Source of the DNA: Patescibacteria group bacterium
GTDB taxonomy: Bacteria > Patescibacteriota > Minisyncoccia > UBA6257 > HR35
Assembly (NCBI GenBank): GCA_030549845.1
Contig: JAUQQN010000001.1
Location: 133,668-197,667 of the forward strand
Direction of reading: 5' to 3'
DNA length: 64,000 bases
Shown here: positions 38,576-48,619 of the stretch, one piece after another
Layout: the number at the start of each line of letters is the position of its first letter
Position numbering within the stretch: the first letter of the stretch is position 1
Notes under the pieces: generated by a model
Database searches by the model: none
What the model was told of the DNA's origin: nothing
The model's input: only the letters and a program-made list of their open reading frames with translations
Program-made: the position numbers and the translations under genes

Positions 38576-39387
38576 TGCTTGAAATTTTAAGTTATCCATT
38601 TTTCCACAATGCATTAATTTCAATGATACTTTTAAGTTCTATTCTTTCTATATTAGGAATTTTTTTGATTTTAAAAAGGGGAGTCTTTATAGCTGATGCA
38701 TTAGCTCATTCCTCTTTATTGGGAGTTGGACTAAGTTTTTTAGTGGGCTTAAATTATTTTTTTACAACTATTTTTTACTTAATACTATGTGCTATCTTAA
38801 TTTTCTTAATAGAGAAAAAATCTTTATTGAATTATGATCTTTTGATAATGATAATGGCAATATTAGGAATAGCAGGCGGTGTTTTAATACTAAGCACCTC
38901 TTTTGCAAAATCTTCTTTAATTAGTTTTTTATTTGGAAACATTCTCTTAATAGATAAATTAGATGTCATAGTTTTATTTTTGATTTTTTCTGCTGTTTTA
39001 ACTTTATTTAAACTATATGGGAAAGATACTCTTTTAACTTTCATTAATAAAGACTTAGCCTATACAGAAAATATAAAAGTAGATGCTATAAATTTATTTT
39101 TCATTATTATTCTCTCTATAGTAATCGGAGTAAGCATAAAAATGATAGGAGTGCTTCTTGTAAGTTCACTTCTAGTTCTTCCTGTATCTATCTCAAAATT
39201 AATTTCTCAATCTTTTAAAGGGCTAGTCTTAAATTCAATTTTATGGGCGGAGCTTATTGGAATTAATGGCTTATTTATTTCTTATTTTTTGAACCTTCCT
39301 CCTGGTCCAGTAATAGCATTTCTAGGAATTTTGATATTAGCTATTTTTTTGACAATTAAAAATTTAAATGTTAAAATTTTAAAATAA
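38575..39387 (+). CDS. ABC-3 family metal (Zn/Mn) transporter permease, ZnuB-like; orphan
   Basis: ADALAHSSLLGVGLSF matches ZnuB GDTLAHASLLGVAFG; 270 aa, 8 TM; no adjacent ATPase or substrate-binding gene. Confidence 0.65.
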   Translation: MLEILSYPFFHNALISMILLSSILSILGIFLILKRGVFIADALAHSSLLGVGLSFLVGLNYFFTTIFYLILCAILIFLIEKKSLLNYDLLIMIMAILGIAGGVLILSTSFAKSSLISFLFGNILLIDKLDVIVLFLIFSAVLTLFKLYGKDTLLTFINKDLAYTENIKVDAINLFFIIILSIVIGVSIKMIGVLLVSSLLVLPVSISKLISQSFKGLVLNSILWAELIGINGLFISYFLNLPPGPVIAFLGILILAIFLTIKNLNVKILK

Positions 39388-39388
39388 A

Positions 39389-39646
39389 ATGGAAGATTAC
39401 AAAAATGTAACAAAAATTTTAGTTTGGATAGTTGTAGTAAGTACTGTTGCTTACTTTGTTTTGCTTCCTGTAAGTTTTACAAGACCTAATCCTACACGAA
39501 TTTCTCCAGAAAAACCGAAAGAAGCATTAAAAGCAAATCCCTTAAATATACTAAATTTAAACATCACTCCAAATGAAAGTACTTCTACGCCAACTTCTTC
39601 AGAAGATCTAAAACTTCCTAAACCATTAATGGAGCTTGGGGAATAA
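39389..39646 (+). CDS. small hypothetical membrane protein
   Basis: 85 aa, one TM; weak support. Confidence 0.3.
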   Translation: MEDYKNVTKILVWIVVVSTVAYFVLLPVSFTRPNPTRISPEKPKEALKANPLNILNLNITPNESTSTPTSSEDLKLPKPLMELGE

Positions 39647-40597
39647 AGTTTTTGAAAATTCTAAGGGGTCAAAACCTACTACAGAAAAAGCATAAATTTC
39701 TAAAGCCCCTATATCAGAATTGATTTTTGAACTTTCTCCCCTATCTACTAAAAATCCAATTTTAATAGATGCAGATTCACATAAAAGCAAATTAAAGTTT
39801 TCTACTTCTTCTTTGTAAGCACTTAACAAATTTGAAACTTCATCTAAAGAATTTTTTAAATCTTCAAAAATAAAAATTAATTCATTATCTTTAAACGGAG
39901 TAAGATTTATAAAAATTTTTAAATTATTCAACTTGTAAGAAAGGCCTAATAAGTCATAAAGCTTATAAAGGTCTTCAAAATACACAGTTTTAAAGTTTTC
40001 TTCATACTCTAAAATTTTTTTGTAAAAATATTCAATTTTTGCTGGTAGATAGTCAAAAGAAAAAATCTGAAAATGTGGATGTTCTATACTTGCTCCTGAT
40101 CTAAATCCTAAATTCCAAATCAAAATATTAACTCTTCCATTTTTCCTTCCGAACCATTCTATAGAAATTTCTAACGCCTTTCTTATATCTTCTTTTGAAA
40201 TATTTTCTTTATTATGCTCTTTAAAAATAATGAGAGAATGGTCTCTAGATATTTTCGCCAAATTTGATGCAGTTATAGCTTTTTCATTCTCTAACCTTCC
40301 TAAATCATCGTAGGGAGTTTCTTCTAAAGGATTACAAAATGGATCATATTTATAACCTTCTTTTTCTTCCTTTTTAGGTTCTTTCCTTTTTGCTCTCCAA
40401 ATATTAAAATGAGTTTCTTGATTTAAAATTTTATTCTTGAAAATGATTATTCTTTGATTTTCAGCTTCCTTAAATTTTTCTTTCAGATTATTTGGAAAAT
40501 ACTGTTGAGCTTCTTCTATGCGAACCTCATAAATTCTATCAAAAATTTTTTTAGCGCCTTCATCAAGTTTTTCTATTTTTCTTAAAAGTTCTTCCAT
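39626..40597 (-). CDS. GalT-like HIT-superfamily nucleotidyltransferase (galactose-1-phosphate uridylyltransferase family)
   Basis: GASIEHPHFQIFSF matches the GalT active-site HPHGQ motif; 323 aa. Confidence 0.45.
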   Translation of the reverse strand: MEELLRKIEKLDEGAKKIFDRIYEVRIEEAQQYFPNNLKEKFKEAENQRIIIFKNKILNQETHFNIWRAKRKEPKKEEKEGYKYDPFCNPLEETPYDDLGRLENEKAITASNLAKISRDHSLIIFKEHNKENISKEDIRKALEISIEWFGRKNGRVNILIWNLGFRSGASIEHPHFQIFSFDYLPAKIEYFYKKILEYEENFKTVYFEDLYKLYDLLGLSYKLNNLKIFINLTPFKDNELIFIFEDLKNSLDEVSNLLSAYKEEVENFNLLLCESASIKIGFLVDRGESSKINSDIGALEIYAFSVVGFDPLEFSKTLFPKLH

Positions 40598-40627
40598 AAA
40601 AAAATTATATAATTTAAAATATAGGAT

Positions 40628-40713
40628 GGAGGGGTGCCGGAGTGGTCTAACGGGACGGCCTGGAGAGCCGTGGCCCTTTTAGGGTCTCGTGGGTTCGAAT
40701 CCCACCCCCTCCG
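40628..40713 (+). tRNA. tRNA-Ser (anticodon GGA), long variable arm
   Basis: GGAGGGG...CCCCTCC acceptor stem, anticodon loop CTGGAGA, long variable arm GGCCCTTTTAGGGTCTC, T-loop GGTTCGAATCC. Confidence 0.85.
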
Positions 40714-40871
40714 AAATTTACAAGTTTTCCCTTGACAGACAAAAATTATTTATTTAAAATTTTTAAAATAATGCATAAAAGTTTAATAAATAATTGGATA
40801 TTGATTTTGTTTATTATTAAAGGCCGGAGGGGTGCCGGTTAGTTAATTTTAAATATAAAAAGTGTTCTAAA

Positions 40872-40898
40872 GCCGGCACCCCGCCGGCTTTATTTATT
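40872..40898 (+). terminator. rho-independent terminator GCCGGC-ACCCC-GCCGGC + T-rich tract
   Basis: 6-bp GC stem plus TTTATTTATT; its upstream partner arm at 40823..40838 (GCCGGAGGGGTGCCGG) repeats the first 13 nt of tRNA-Ser. Confidence 0.4.
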
Positions 40899-40932
40899 CT
40901 AAAAGGTCATGATTAATTTCAAAAGTTAATCT

Positions 40933-41979
40933 ATGGTAAGGCGAATTTTCAATAATTTAAGAAATAAAACTAAACAGACAACTAGAAGCGGAAATATTTA
41001 TGGTCTAGCAGATTTTAATATTTTAAAAATCAAAAATATTAATGATTTTAAAAATATAAATGAAAAATCTTTTGTAGATATCCCTGCTTCTATTCCTAAG
41101 AACCCTTTTTATTTAGAAAAAGTCGGTGTTACTAATAGAAAACACAAAATAAAAATTAGAGATATTTTTGAAGACAACAAAATAATTGAGGTAGAAGCAG
41201 ATATTAAGATATTTTTTGACTTACCCGAAAATCAAAGAGGGCTTCATATGTCAAGGATCGAAAAAGCAATGCAAGAATTTCAAAACGCTGGAACAGATTT
41301 AAAAACATATGCTCAGAGTTTAATAAAATATGCTGCTGAACTTCAAAATAGGAAAGGCGGAGAGATAGAAGTTGAGTTTAACTATGAAAAAACAATTAAC
41401 AAAAATTCTTCTGGACGATTGGCTCATGAGATTTTAAAAATTCTTTTTTATGGAAAATTGAAAGAGGATAATAAATTTATCTATAAATTAGGAATAAAAG
41501 CTCCATTTATGAACGCATGTCCTTGCCCACAAAGATGGGCTATTAGGGAATTTTATAATAAACTTAAAGAGTTAGGGTTTAAAAATGAAGAAATTTATGA
41601 ATTAGCATCTCATATAAGCTTTGGAACACATACCAATTTAGGAGAGGCTACTTTATGTATTGAGGACCTGAATAATAATATCAATTATCAAGACTTATAT
41701 GAAATACTGGATGAAACATTATCTATAACAAGAGAGCTTTTAAGCGGACAAGATGAATTTGAGTTTATAAAAGAAGCCCTTATTAAAGAACAATTTTGTG
41801 AAGATGCTGCAAGAGATTTGGTTTATACTGTTGTTAAAAATTTAAAAAATAAAATACATCCTGAAAGCTTAATAGAAATTTATGTAGAAGTCAACGAAAG
41901 TATACATTTTCACAACTTAAGAGTAGAAATTGTAGATAATTTTAAGCATATTTTGGATAAAATAGAAAAATTAAATTAG
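40933..41979 (+). CDS. GTP cyclohydrolase FolE2/MptA-like (DUF198) protein
   Basis: GLHMSRIEKAM resembles the conserved FolE2 GTHMSRF motif; 348 aa; function not certain. Confidence 0.4.
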   Translation: MVRRIFNNLRNKTKQTTRSGNIYGLADFNILKIKNINDFKNINEKSFVDIPASIPKNPFYLEKVGVTNRKHKIKIRDIFEDNKIIEVEADIKIFFDLPENQRGLHMSRIEKAMQEFQNAGTDLKTYAQSLIKYAAELQNRKGGEIEVEFNYEKTINKNSSGRLAHEILKILFYGKLKEDNKFIYKLGIKAPFMNACPCPQRWAIREFYNKLKELGFKNEEIYELASHISFGTHTNLGEATLCIEDLNNNINYQDLYEILDETLSITRELLSGQDEFEFIKEALIKEQFCEDAARDLVYTVVKNLKNKIHPESLIEIYVEVNESIHFHNLRVEIVDNFKHILDKIEKLN

Positions 41980-41982
41980 AAA

Positions 41983-42924
41983 ATGAAAATTTTTGATTTA
42001 CATTTAGATCTTGAGATTTATTATCGATATCCTGAATTTCTTAATATGACTTTTAAAAGTTTGGAAATTTTGGATACTAAAAGACACGGAGATATCCCTC
42101 AATTTTTAAAATCTAATCTTAAAATAGCTGTCGTAAATATTTTTCCATTTGAATTTAAGAAAAATAAGTGGGAACCAATTAATATAAATAAATTTTTCGA
42201 AAGATTGGAAAGTTTTGTTAAGTGGATTAAGAAATTTGATGTTTTTGAAATAATATTAAATAGGGATGACTTAAAAAATAATTTGAAAAACAAAAGAATA
42301 GGTATTATCTTAGGTGTCGAGGGCTTAAATTTCATAAATAAGATCGAGGATATTTATAAAATATACGAAAGCGGAATAAGGGTCTTCGGTCTAAATTGGA
42401 ATATTGATTCTAAATTCTCTACCTCTTTAAAAACTATAACCAAATCTGGTTTAACAGAAGAAGGTAAAGCGTTGATAAAAATCTTGGAAAAACTACCAAT
42501 TGTAATTGATTTAGCCCATTCATCAATCTATACTTCTAAAGATGTTTTTAAGTATTACAAAAAACCAATCATATTTTCTCATAATGGTATACAAAAGATT
42601 GTAAACTTTGAGCAAAATTTATCAGATGATTTGCTAGATAATTTAAACAAAAATAAAGGATTGATAGGTCTAACATGTTTACCATATTCTATAAATTTAA
42701 ATGGAGAAATAAGTTTTAAAATCTGGCATCAGGCATTAAAATATGCAAAAGATAAATATAAAAATAATTTAGCTATAGGCACAGATTTTTTCGGTTTTAA
42801 GTTTAATAAAGACTACAAAGGGTTATCTAATTATTTAGATTTTTCTAAAAACCTAAAAAAATTTAAAGTGCCTAAATATATACTTTTTAATAATTCTTTT
42901 AATTTGTTTTTAAAAAGTTTATAA
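41983..42924 (+). CDS. peptidase M19 (membrane dipeptidase)-like protein
   Basis: FDLHLDL near the N-terminus (cf. DGHNDL), VIDLAHSS (cf. DLSHVS), IIFSHNG; 313 aa. Confidence 0.4.
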   Translation: MKIFDLHLDLEIYYRYPEFLNMTFKSLEILDTKRHGDIPQFLKSNLKIAVVNIFPFEFKKNKWEPININKFFERLESFVKWIKKFDVFEIILNRDDLKNNLKNKRIGIILGVEGLNFINKIEDIYKIYESGIRVFGLNWNIDSKFSTSLKTITKSGLTEEGKALIKILEKLPIVIDLAHSSIYTSKDVFKYYKKPIIFSHNGIQKIVNFEQNLSDDLLDNLNKNKGLIGLTCLPYSINLNGEISFKIWHQALKYAKDKYKNNLAIGTDFFGFKFNKDYKGLSNYLDFSKNLKKFKVPKYILFNNSFNLFLKSL

Positions 42925-42939
42925 TATCTTATTCAAACC

Positions 42940-44574
42940 ATGATTGAAGACATCTATAAGGAGTATGAATATCCAAGAAGTTTAGATCTCTTTAGAAAAT
43001 TTATAGCAGAAAAGCAAGAAAGAATAAGAAGGGATATTGAGGTTTTAATTGAACAAAAGAAAATTACAAAGGAGAGATTTGAAAAAATTAAAGAAGAAAT
43101 AAGAAAGGTCTTTGGAGAGAACATAGAATATATTTCTACCACTTTACATCTTAGACCAAGGGCCATAGATTATTTAGAATTAGCTCAAAAAAGAATATCT
43201 CAAGCAATAGAACCTAATAAAGTTTTTTATTATCCTGTATATTATCAAGATTTTGAAAGTGAAAGACCAGATAGAATATACTTTGGAAGTTTTTCTTTAT
43301 CTTTATGTGATATCATTCCTAATTTAAAAAAGAAATTTGAAACTTCTCTTGAATTTCATATAGAACTAATGGAATATTTAAAAAAGGAAAATTGGGAAGA
43401 CGAAGTTAAAAATAACTTGGAGAATTTTCTTAGTAAAGAGTTTTCTGGTTTTAAGAAAAATTTAAGGGGTATACTTATTGAGGAAGCAAAATGTGTGGTA
43501 ATTTCCATTTTAAGGGACTATAAAAAATTTTTTGAAGAAATAGGCTTAGTAGATATAGAAGAGAAAATTAACAACATCAACACAAATTTAGCAAATATTT
43601 TTTTAAACAATTTTGAAGCTCTTGCACCACTTTTAGAAACACTTGGAATAAGCAAAGAAGATTTAGAAAACATAAAAGAAAGAAAAAAGAAAGCTATAGG
43701 CGAATTTCTTTTTCTAGTATGCATTTTAGGAGAATTAACTCATATAGGAGCTGAGTATGGTAAATTTGATGATATAAGAATAAAATTGGGTTTGATGGAT
43801 GAAAAAGAAAGGAAAGAGGAAGCTTCTCAAGAAAGATTTAGATTTTTTGAAGTTGAAGGAGAAGGATCTGAAAGTGATACATTAAGATTTCTTTTTGATG
43901 AGGAGGGAAGTAAACTTTTGATTCAAACAGCAAAATATATGGGACACGAAGAATCAAGATGGTCTCCTATTTCTGAAAAATTGATAAAAAGGATAAGAAT
44001 TATTGATTTTTACCTAAAAGTAAAAAGTAGAGAAAAAGAGATTAGAGAAATAATAGAAAATTATCTTGAAAATTCGATTTTAAACTGGGAAGGTTTTGTT
44101 GAATTATTAGAATTAGTTAATTATTTCGCTCACTTAAAAAACGAAGAAAGGGCACAATTGGATGTAACTTTAAAAGAAATCCAAGAAAATAACGTGAACA
44201 AAAAGTTAAGAGAGTGGATTAATTATTATAATAAGAAAATTAAAGAAAAAGATACAAGTCTAAGATTTTTAATCCATGAGGATATTTTTAAAAGAAAAAT
44301 TTTATGGTTTGTTTTTAAAAATTATATAGAAGGAGAGTTTATGAAAATTAAAGTAATCTCTGAAGATCTTTTTACAATATTTCTAAGTCCTTCAAATTTA
44401 GAAAAATTTGAAACTGAAAAATTATTGGAAGAAATAACAAAACCTCGTTTTTATGGTTTACAACTTCCTCTTCGATTACCAAAATTAAACAAAGAGGATC
44501 TCATCAATTTGGTTAGCTTATTTACAGGGGATGAAAAAATCCAACCTTTTCTTGATAGCGTTCTTAAAAAATAA
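42940..44574 (+). CDS. hypothetical cytoplasmic protein (544 aa)
   Basis: Long helical, Lys/Glu-rich ORF with no motif I recognise. Confidence 0.4.
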   Translation: MIEDIYKEYEYPRSLDLFRKFIAEKQERIRRDIEVLIEQKKITKERFEKIKEEIRKVFGENIEYISTTLHLRPRAIDYLELAQKRISQAIEPNKVFYYPVYYQDFESERPDRIYFGSFSLSLCDIIPNLKKKFETSLEFHIELMEYLKKENWEDEVKNNLENFLSKEFSGFKKNLRGILIEEAKCVVISILRDYKKFFEEIGLVDIEEKINNINTNLANIFLNNFEALAPLLETLGISKEDLENIKERKKKAIGEFLFLVCILGELTHIGAEYGKFDDIRIKLGLMDEKERKEEASQERFRFFEVEGEGSESDTLRFLFDEEGSKLLIQTAKYMGHEESRWSPISEKLIKRIRIIDFYLKVKSREKEIREIIENYLENSILNWEGFVELLELVNYFAHLKNEERAQLDVTLKEIQENNVNKKLREWINYYNKKIKEKDTSLRFLIHEDIFKRKILWFVFKNYIEGEFMKIKVISEDLFTIFLSPSNLEKFETEKLLEEITKPRFYGLQLPLRLPKLNKEDLINLVSLFTGDEKIQPFLDSVLKK

Positions 44575-44613
44575 CTTTCTTACTACAACTTTTTGCTATA
44601 TTAAATTAATAAA

Positions 44614-44868
44614 TTAAATAACCTTATAAACAAGATCTCCTTCTTTTGTTTTCCCAATGACTTTTACTGCAACTTCTTGGCCTACATTAGCTTCTTGAAT
44701 TTTTTTGTGTTCTATCTCCATTGATTCAATAACTTGGCGAAATCTCTCTTCTCCATTCTTTTTTCTTACAATTATTTCATCCCCTATTTTAAGATCATCT
44801 TCAAGTTCAAGTATCATTGCTGGAATATGAGGATAAAAATGTTTTACTTTCCCAACTAATTTTTCCAT
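44614..44868 (-). CDS. small beta-barrel hypothetical protein (EF-Tu domain-2-like)
   Basis: 84 aa; IGDEIIVRKKNGEERFRQVIESMEIEHKKIQEANVGQEVAVKV resembles translation-protein beta-barrels. Confidence 0.35.
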   Translation of the reverse strand: MEKLVGKVKHFYPHIPAMILELEDDLKIGDEIIVRKKNGEERFRQVIESMEIEHKKIQEANVGQEVAVKVIGKTKEGDLVYKVI

Positions 44869-44893
44869 TTGATTAATTGTTTTTAATTCGACC

Positions 44894-45583
44894 CTATTTT
44901 TTACTTACCCATTTATTATCTTTTATATAAAACCTCCATAATTTATCTTTATATTCTTCGGCATAATCTATACCAATCCTTTTTGCTTTAATAATTTTAA
45001 ACTTTGATTTATTATAAGCAAAATTACCTAGCTTTGTCTCATTTTCTAGCCATATTCTTTTACTTTTAGTCAAATCTTCACCCCAAAAAGAACTGTCAAG
45101 ATAAAGTTCTTTGCACAAGTTGCCAGGCCCCTTAGGATTTTTTAGATTCAAAATAGGCTCTAGGCTTCTTATTAAAACACATTCTGGATAACCTTCTTTA
45201 TAAGTTGTTATATTTAATTGATAATAATTTCCATAAACTAAATAAATGTAAATATGCCCTCCTCTTAAATATTCAGCTAAATTTCTTGACGTTACTTTGC
45301 ATTTTCTACAATTTAAAATTCTCTTTTTAAAAATTTCGGGGTTATTAATATAGTGTTTTATTCTTTCCCAATTTTCTTTTAAGATTTTTGATTTTATTTT
45401 TAAAGGCTGTTCTTTTTTTGAATATGCATGTGAAGCTTTGTCATACGGACCAATATAAGCTTCTGTTTCAACAATTTTACCAATCAATAATTTATTTTTA
45501 TATTTTCTGACAAGAAATTTCCCTAATAAATCTGTAGCAACTTTTAAAGTACTCCTTTCAAAAAAATTTCTTTTTAACCTCAT
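44894..45583 (-). CDS. mpg: DNA-3-methyladenine glycosylase (Mpg/AAG family)
   Basis: VETEAYIGPYDKASHA, GHIYIYLVYGNYYQLNI, VLIRSLEP, RFYIKDNKWVS align with human AAG motifs. Confidence 0.8.
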   Translation of the reverse strand: MRLKRNFFERSTLKVATDLLGKFLVRKYKNKLLIGKIVETEAYIGPYDKASHAYSKKEQPLKIKSKILKENWERIKHYINNPEIFKKRILNCRKCKVTSRNLAEYLRGGHIYIYLVYGNYYQLNITTYKEGYPECVLIRSLEPILNLKNPKGPGNLCKELYLDSSFWGEDLTKSKRIWLENETKLGNFAYNKSKFKIIKAKRIGIDYAEEYKDKLWRFYIKDNKWVSKK

Positions 45584-45607
45584 TATAATATAATAAATTA
45601 AAATAAA

Positions 45608-46540
45608 ATGTTTTTTGAATACTTAATAATTATTTTAGGATTATCTCTTTTTGAAATAATTTCTTCAATTGACAATGCGGTAATAAATGCTCATGTTCTA
45701 AAAACATTACCTGAAAGATTTAGGAAATTTTTTCTTTTATGGGGTTTACTTTTTGCTGTCTTTTTAATGAGGGGTATTTTACCTTTTTTAATTGTTTGGC
45801 TAACCAATCCAAAATTAAGTTTTGCCCAAATAATTACATTCGTCTTTTCAAATGACCCTACAATTCAAAATTATATCGAAAAATCTCAAAGCCTTTTGCT
45901 TTCAGCAGGAGGTATTTATCTTTTATTTGTTTTCTTAGGATGGCTTTTTTTAGAAGAAAAAAAATATGCTTTTTTAGTCGAAAGGTTCATCCATCGACAA
46001 TCAATATGGTTTTATGCAATTGCTTCAATAGTATTTACTATTTTAATTGCTGTTTCTCTCAAAATTAATCCGAAGTTGGCTCTTACTTTTTCAATAGGTT
46101 CTACGGTATTTTTTATTACTGATGGATTTAAGAAAAATGCAGAAGAAAAAGAAAAAGAATTACTTAATCCGAACCTAAGTGCTTGGAGTAAAATTCTCTA
46201 TCTCGAAGTTCTTGATGCAAGTTTTTCTATTGATGGAGTAATAGGAGCTTTTGCGTTTACTCTATCTGTCCCTCTTATTCTTATTGGTAACGGCTTAGGA
46301 GCTTTGGTAGTACGAGAATTTACAATCAAAGGAATCGATTTAGTAACAAAATTTGCTTATTTAAAAAATGGAGCAATGTATTCGATTGGTATGCTGGGTA
46401 GTTTAATGATTCTTGAAAGTTTCGGTAAGCATTATCCTTTTTGGTTAGCACCATTAAACACTTTTGCATTATTAGGACTTTTTCTTTATTTATCTTATAA
46501 GGAATTAAAAGAGGCAGAAAAATTAAAAGAGCTTCAATGA
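45608..46540 (+). CDS. TerC/DUF475 family integral membrane protein
   Basis: SIDNAV motif near the N-terminus, repeated in the second half (SIDGVIG); 310 aa. Confidence 0.55.
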   Translation: MFFEYLIIILGLSLFEIISSIDNAVINAHVLKTLPERFRKFFLLWGLLFAVFLMRGILPFLIVWLTNPKLSFAQIITFVFSNDPTIQNYIEKSQSLLLSAGGIYLLFVFLGWLFLEEKKYAFLVERFIHRQSIWFYAIASIVFTILIAVSLKINPKLALTFSIGSTVFFITDGFKKNAEEKEKELLNPNLSAWSKILYLEVLDASFSIDGVIGAFAFTLSVPLILIGNGLGALVVREFTIKGIDLVTKFAYLKNGAMYSIGMLGSLMILESFGKHYPFWLAPLNTFALLGLFLYLSYKELKEAEKLKELQ

Positions 46541-47556
46541 ATTATTTCTTGTAATTTTTGTATATGTTTTAAAAGCATTGCACAATAACCCCATTCATTA
46601 TCATACCAAGAAAAAACTTTTGCTAAATCACCATCAACAACTTTTGTCAAAGTAAGATCTATCACTGCTCCATATGGTTCACCAATAATATCACTGGAAA
46701 CCACTGGATCTTCAATTACTTTTATGATATCTTTCCATCTTGGTGAATTTGCCTCTTCTTTAAATATATCGTTAATTTCTTTAACAGACGTTTCTCTTTT
46801 CATAACCATTGTAATATCAGATAAAGAAACAATAGGAACTGGTACTCTAATTGAAATTCCATCAAATTTTCCTTTCATTTCTGGAATAACTTTTATCGTA
46901 GCCTCTGCAGCTCCAGTAGTGGATGGAACTATATTTTGAGCTCCGGCTCTCCCTCTTCTAAAGTCATGTCCTTTAACTATGCTATCTAGAATTGATTGTG
47001 TATTGGTGTAAGCATGAATTGTCGTAAGAATCGCCTTTTTTATACCTATCCTTTCATTCAAAATTGCTATAACTGGATTTACTGAATTTGTTGTACAAGA
47101 AGCATTTGATGTTATTAAAGCTTGATCACCTAATGAAGAGATTTTCTCTAAATCTTCTAGTCCAGGTGTGAAATGTATTGTTATATCATCTTTTGCTGGA
47201 GCTGTTATTATAACTCTTTTTGCACCAGCCTCTAAATGCGCTTTTGCTTTTTCATATTCTGTAAAAAACCCTGTAGCTTCTATCACTAGATCTATATCTA
47301 AATCTTTCCATGGCAAATTTCTAGGATCTGTTTCTTTAAAAACTAAAATTTCTTTATTATCTACAATTAATTTCCCATTCTCTACTTTTACCTCTTTTTC
47401 ATATTTCCCGTAAATAGTATCATATTTTAGTAAGTAAGCCAAATTTTCTATATCAGATAAATCATTAATAGCAACTATATCGAAATTTTCTTTGTCAAAT
47501 GCTACTCTGAAAAAAATTCTTCCTATTCTTCCAAATCCATTTATTGCAATTCTCAT
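46534..47556 (-). CDS. gap: glyceraldehyde-3-phosphate dehydrogenase
   Basis: INGFGRIGR NAD-binding, catalytic SNASCTTNS, ...WYDNEWGY; 340 aa. Confidence 0.92.
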   Translation of the reverse strand: MRIAINGFGRIGRIFFRVAFDKENFDIVAINDLSDIENLAYLLKYDTIYGKYEKEVKVENGKLIVDNKEILVFKETDPRNLPWKDLDIDLVIEATGFFTEYEKAKAHLEAGAKRVIITAPAKDDITIHFTPGLEDLEKISSLGDQALITSNASCTTNSVNPVIAILNERIGIKKAILTTIHAYTNTQSILDSIVKGHDFRRGRAGAQNIVPSTTGAAEATIKVIPEMKGKFDGISIRVPVPIVSLSDITMVMKRETSVKEINDIFKEEANSPRWKDIIKVIEDPVVSSDIIGEPYGAVIDLTLTKVVDGDLAKVFSWYDNEWGYCAMLLKHIQKLQEIIH

Positions 47557-47581
47557 ATTTTTTTAAAAGTTAAATTTCGAC

Positions 47582-48619
47582 CTAAAGTAAAGTTTTTATC
47601 TTTTCCTTTTCTTCGGTAACTACTGTTTTTAATTTTTCTTCTTTTTTAATTAAATCCTTGAAATTAAACAAAAATCTATTAAAAGCCCTGTAAGCCTGTT
47701 CTAAGTTAGTAGTACTATTTGAAAGCTGAGAACGTGCTTTTTCTAAATAACTAGTTATCTCATTTATGTCTTTTTCTAATTGGGCTAAGCTTTTAAGGAT
47801 ATCTTGAACATTTCTTGCAAATTCTTGTTTTTTTAATATCAAACTTAATTGTGAACACAATATTTCAAATGTTTTGGGAGAAGAAATTATAACAGATTTT
47901 TCTTTTGCATAATCCCAAATTTCATCATATTCTTTATTACTCAATATTTCATAAAACAATCCTTCTGCAGGTAGAAACATAATGGCATATTCTATTGTTT
48001 CTCTTATAGGAATAATATATTTACTTGAAATATTATCAATGTGGGTTTTAATCGCTTTTATTAATTCTTTTCTCAATTTTTCTTTTTCAGCTTCAGAATC
48101 TGTTTCTAACAACTTTACAAAACTACTATAAGGGAATTTAGAATCAATAGGAATAATAGTATCATTAATTTTTAAAATAAAATCTACTACAAAGCTTCCT
48201 AATCTATATTGTTTCTCATAAACATTTTTAGGAAAGTCTTTTAAAATTTCTTCTAAAGCTTTCTCTCCAAAAATCCCTCTTGATTTTGTCCCTGCTAAGA
48301 CTTCTTTTAAATTCCTAAGATCTAAAGAATGATTTTCTAACACTCTTGCAACTTCTTCTATTTTTGCTGTTTTTTCCGTTGTTTTTTCTAGCTTTTCGTG
48401 AATTTCTTTTTGAATATTTTCCAATTTAGATTCTATCTCCTTTCTTAATTCTTGGGAGATAGTAACTAATTTTTCTAAGGCTAGTTGTTCTTCTTCTTTC
48501 TCTTTATACTCTTTTTCTCTAAACCTTATTTCTAACTCTTTTTTTATAAAAAAATACAAAATACCCAAAGCAGAGCTTATTATTATTAGATTTATAAAAA
48601 CAACCAATAAAATTTCCAT
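47582..48619 (-). CDS. rmuC: DNA recombination protein RmuC-like
   Basis: N-terminal TM plus long coiled coil plus C-terminal RmuC-like domain; 345 aa. Confidence 0.5.
   Translation of the reverse strand: MEILLVVFINLIIISSALGILYFFIKKELEIRFREKEYKEKEEEQLALEKLVTISQELRKEIESKLENIQKEIHEKLEKTTEKTAKIEEVARVLENHSLDLRNLKEVLAGTKSRGIFGEKALEEILKDFPKNVYEKQYRLGSFVVDFILKINDTIIPIDSKFPYSSFVKLLETDSEAEKEKLRKELIKAIKTHIDNISSKYIIPIRETIEYAIMFLPAEGLFYEILSNKEYDEIWDYAKEKSVIISSPKTFEILCSQLSLILKKQEFARNVQDILKSLAQLEKDINEITSYLEKARSQLSNSTTNLEQAYRAFNRFLFNFKDLIKKEEKLKTVVTEEKEKIKTLL

Noticed and set aside
38586-38609. AGTTATCCA-TTTTT-CCACAA inside the znuB-like coding start as a fifth copy of the 12-mer
   Set aside because: The motif is interrupted by a 5-nt insertion and lies inside coding sequence (MLEILSYPFFHN), so it is probably coincidental.
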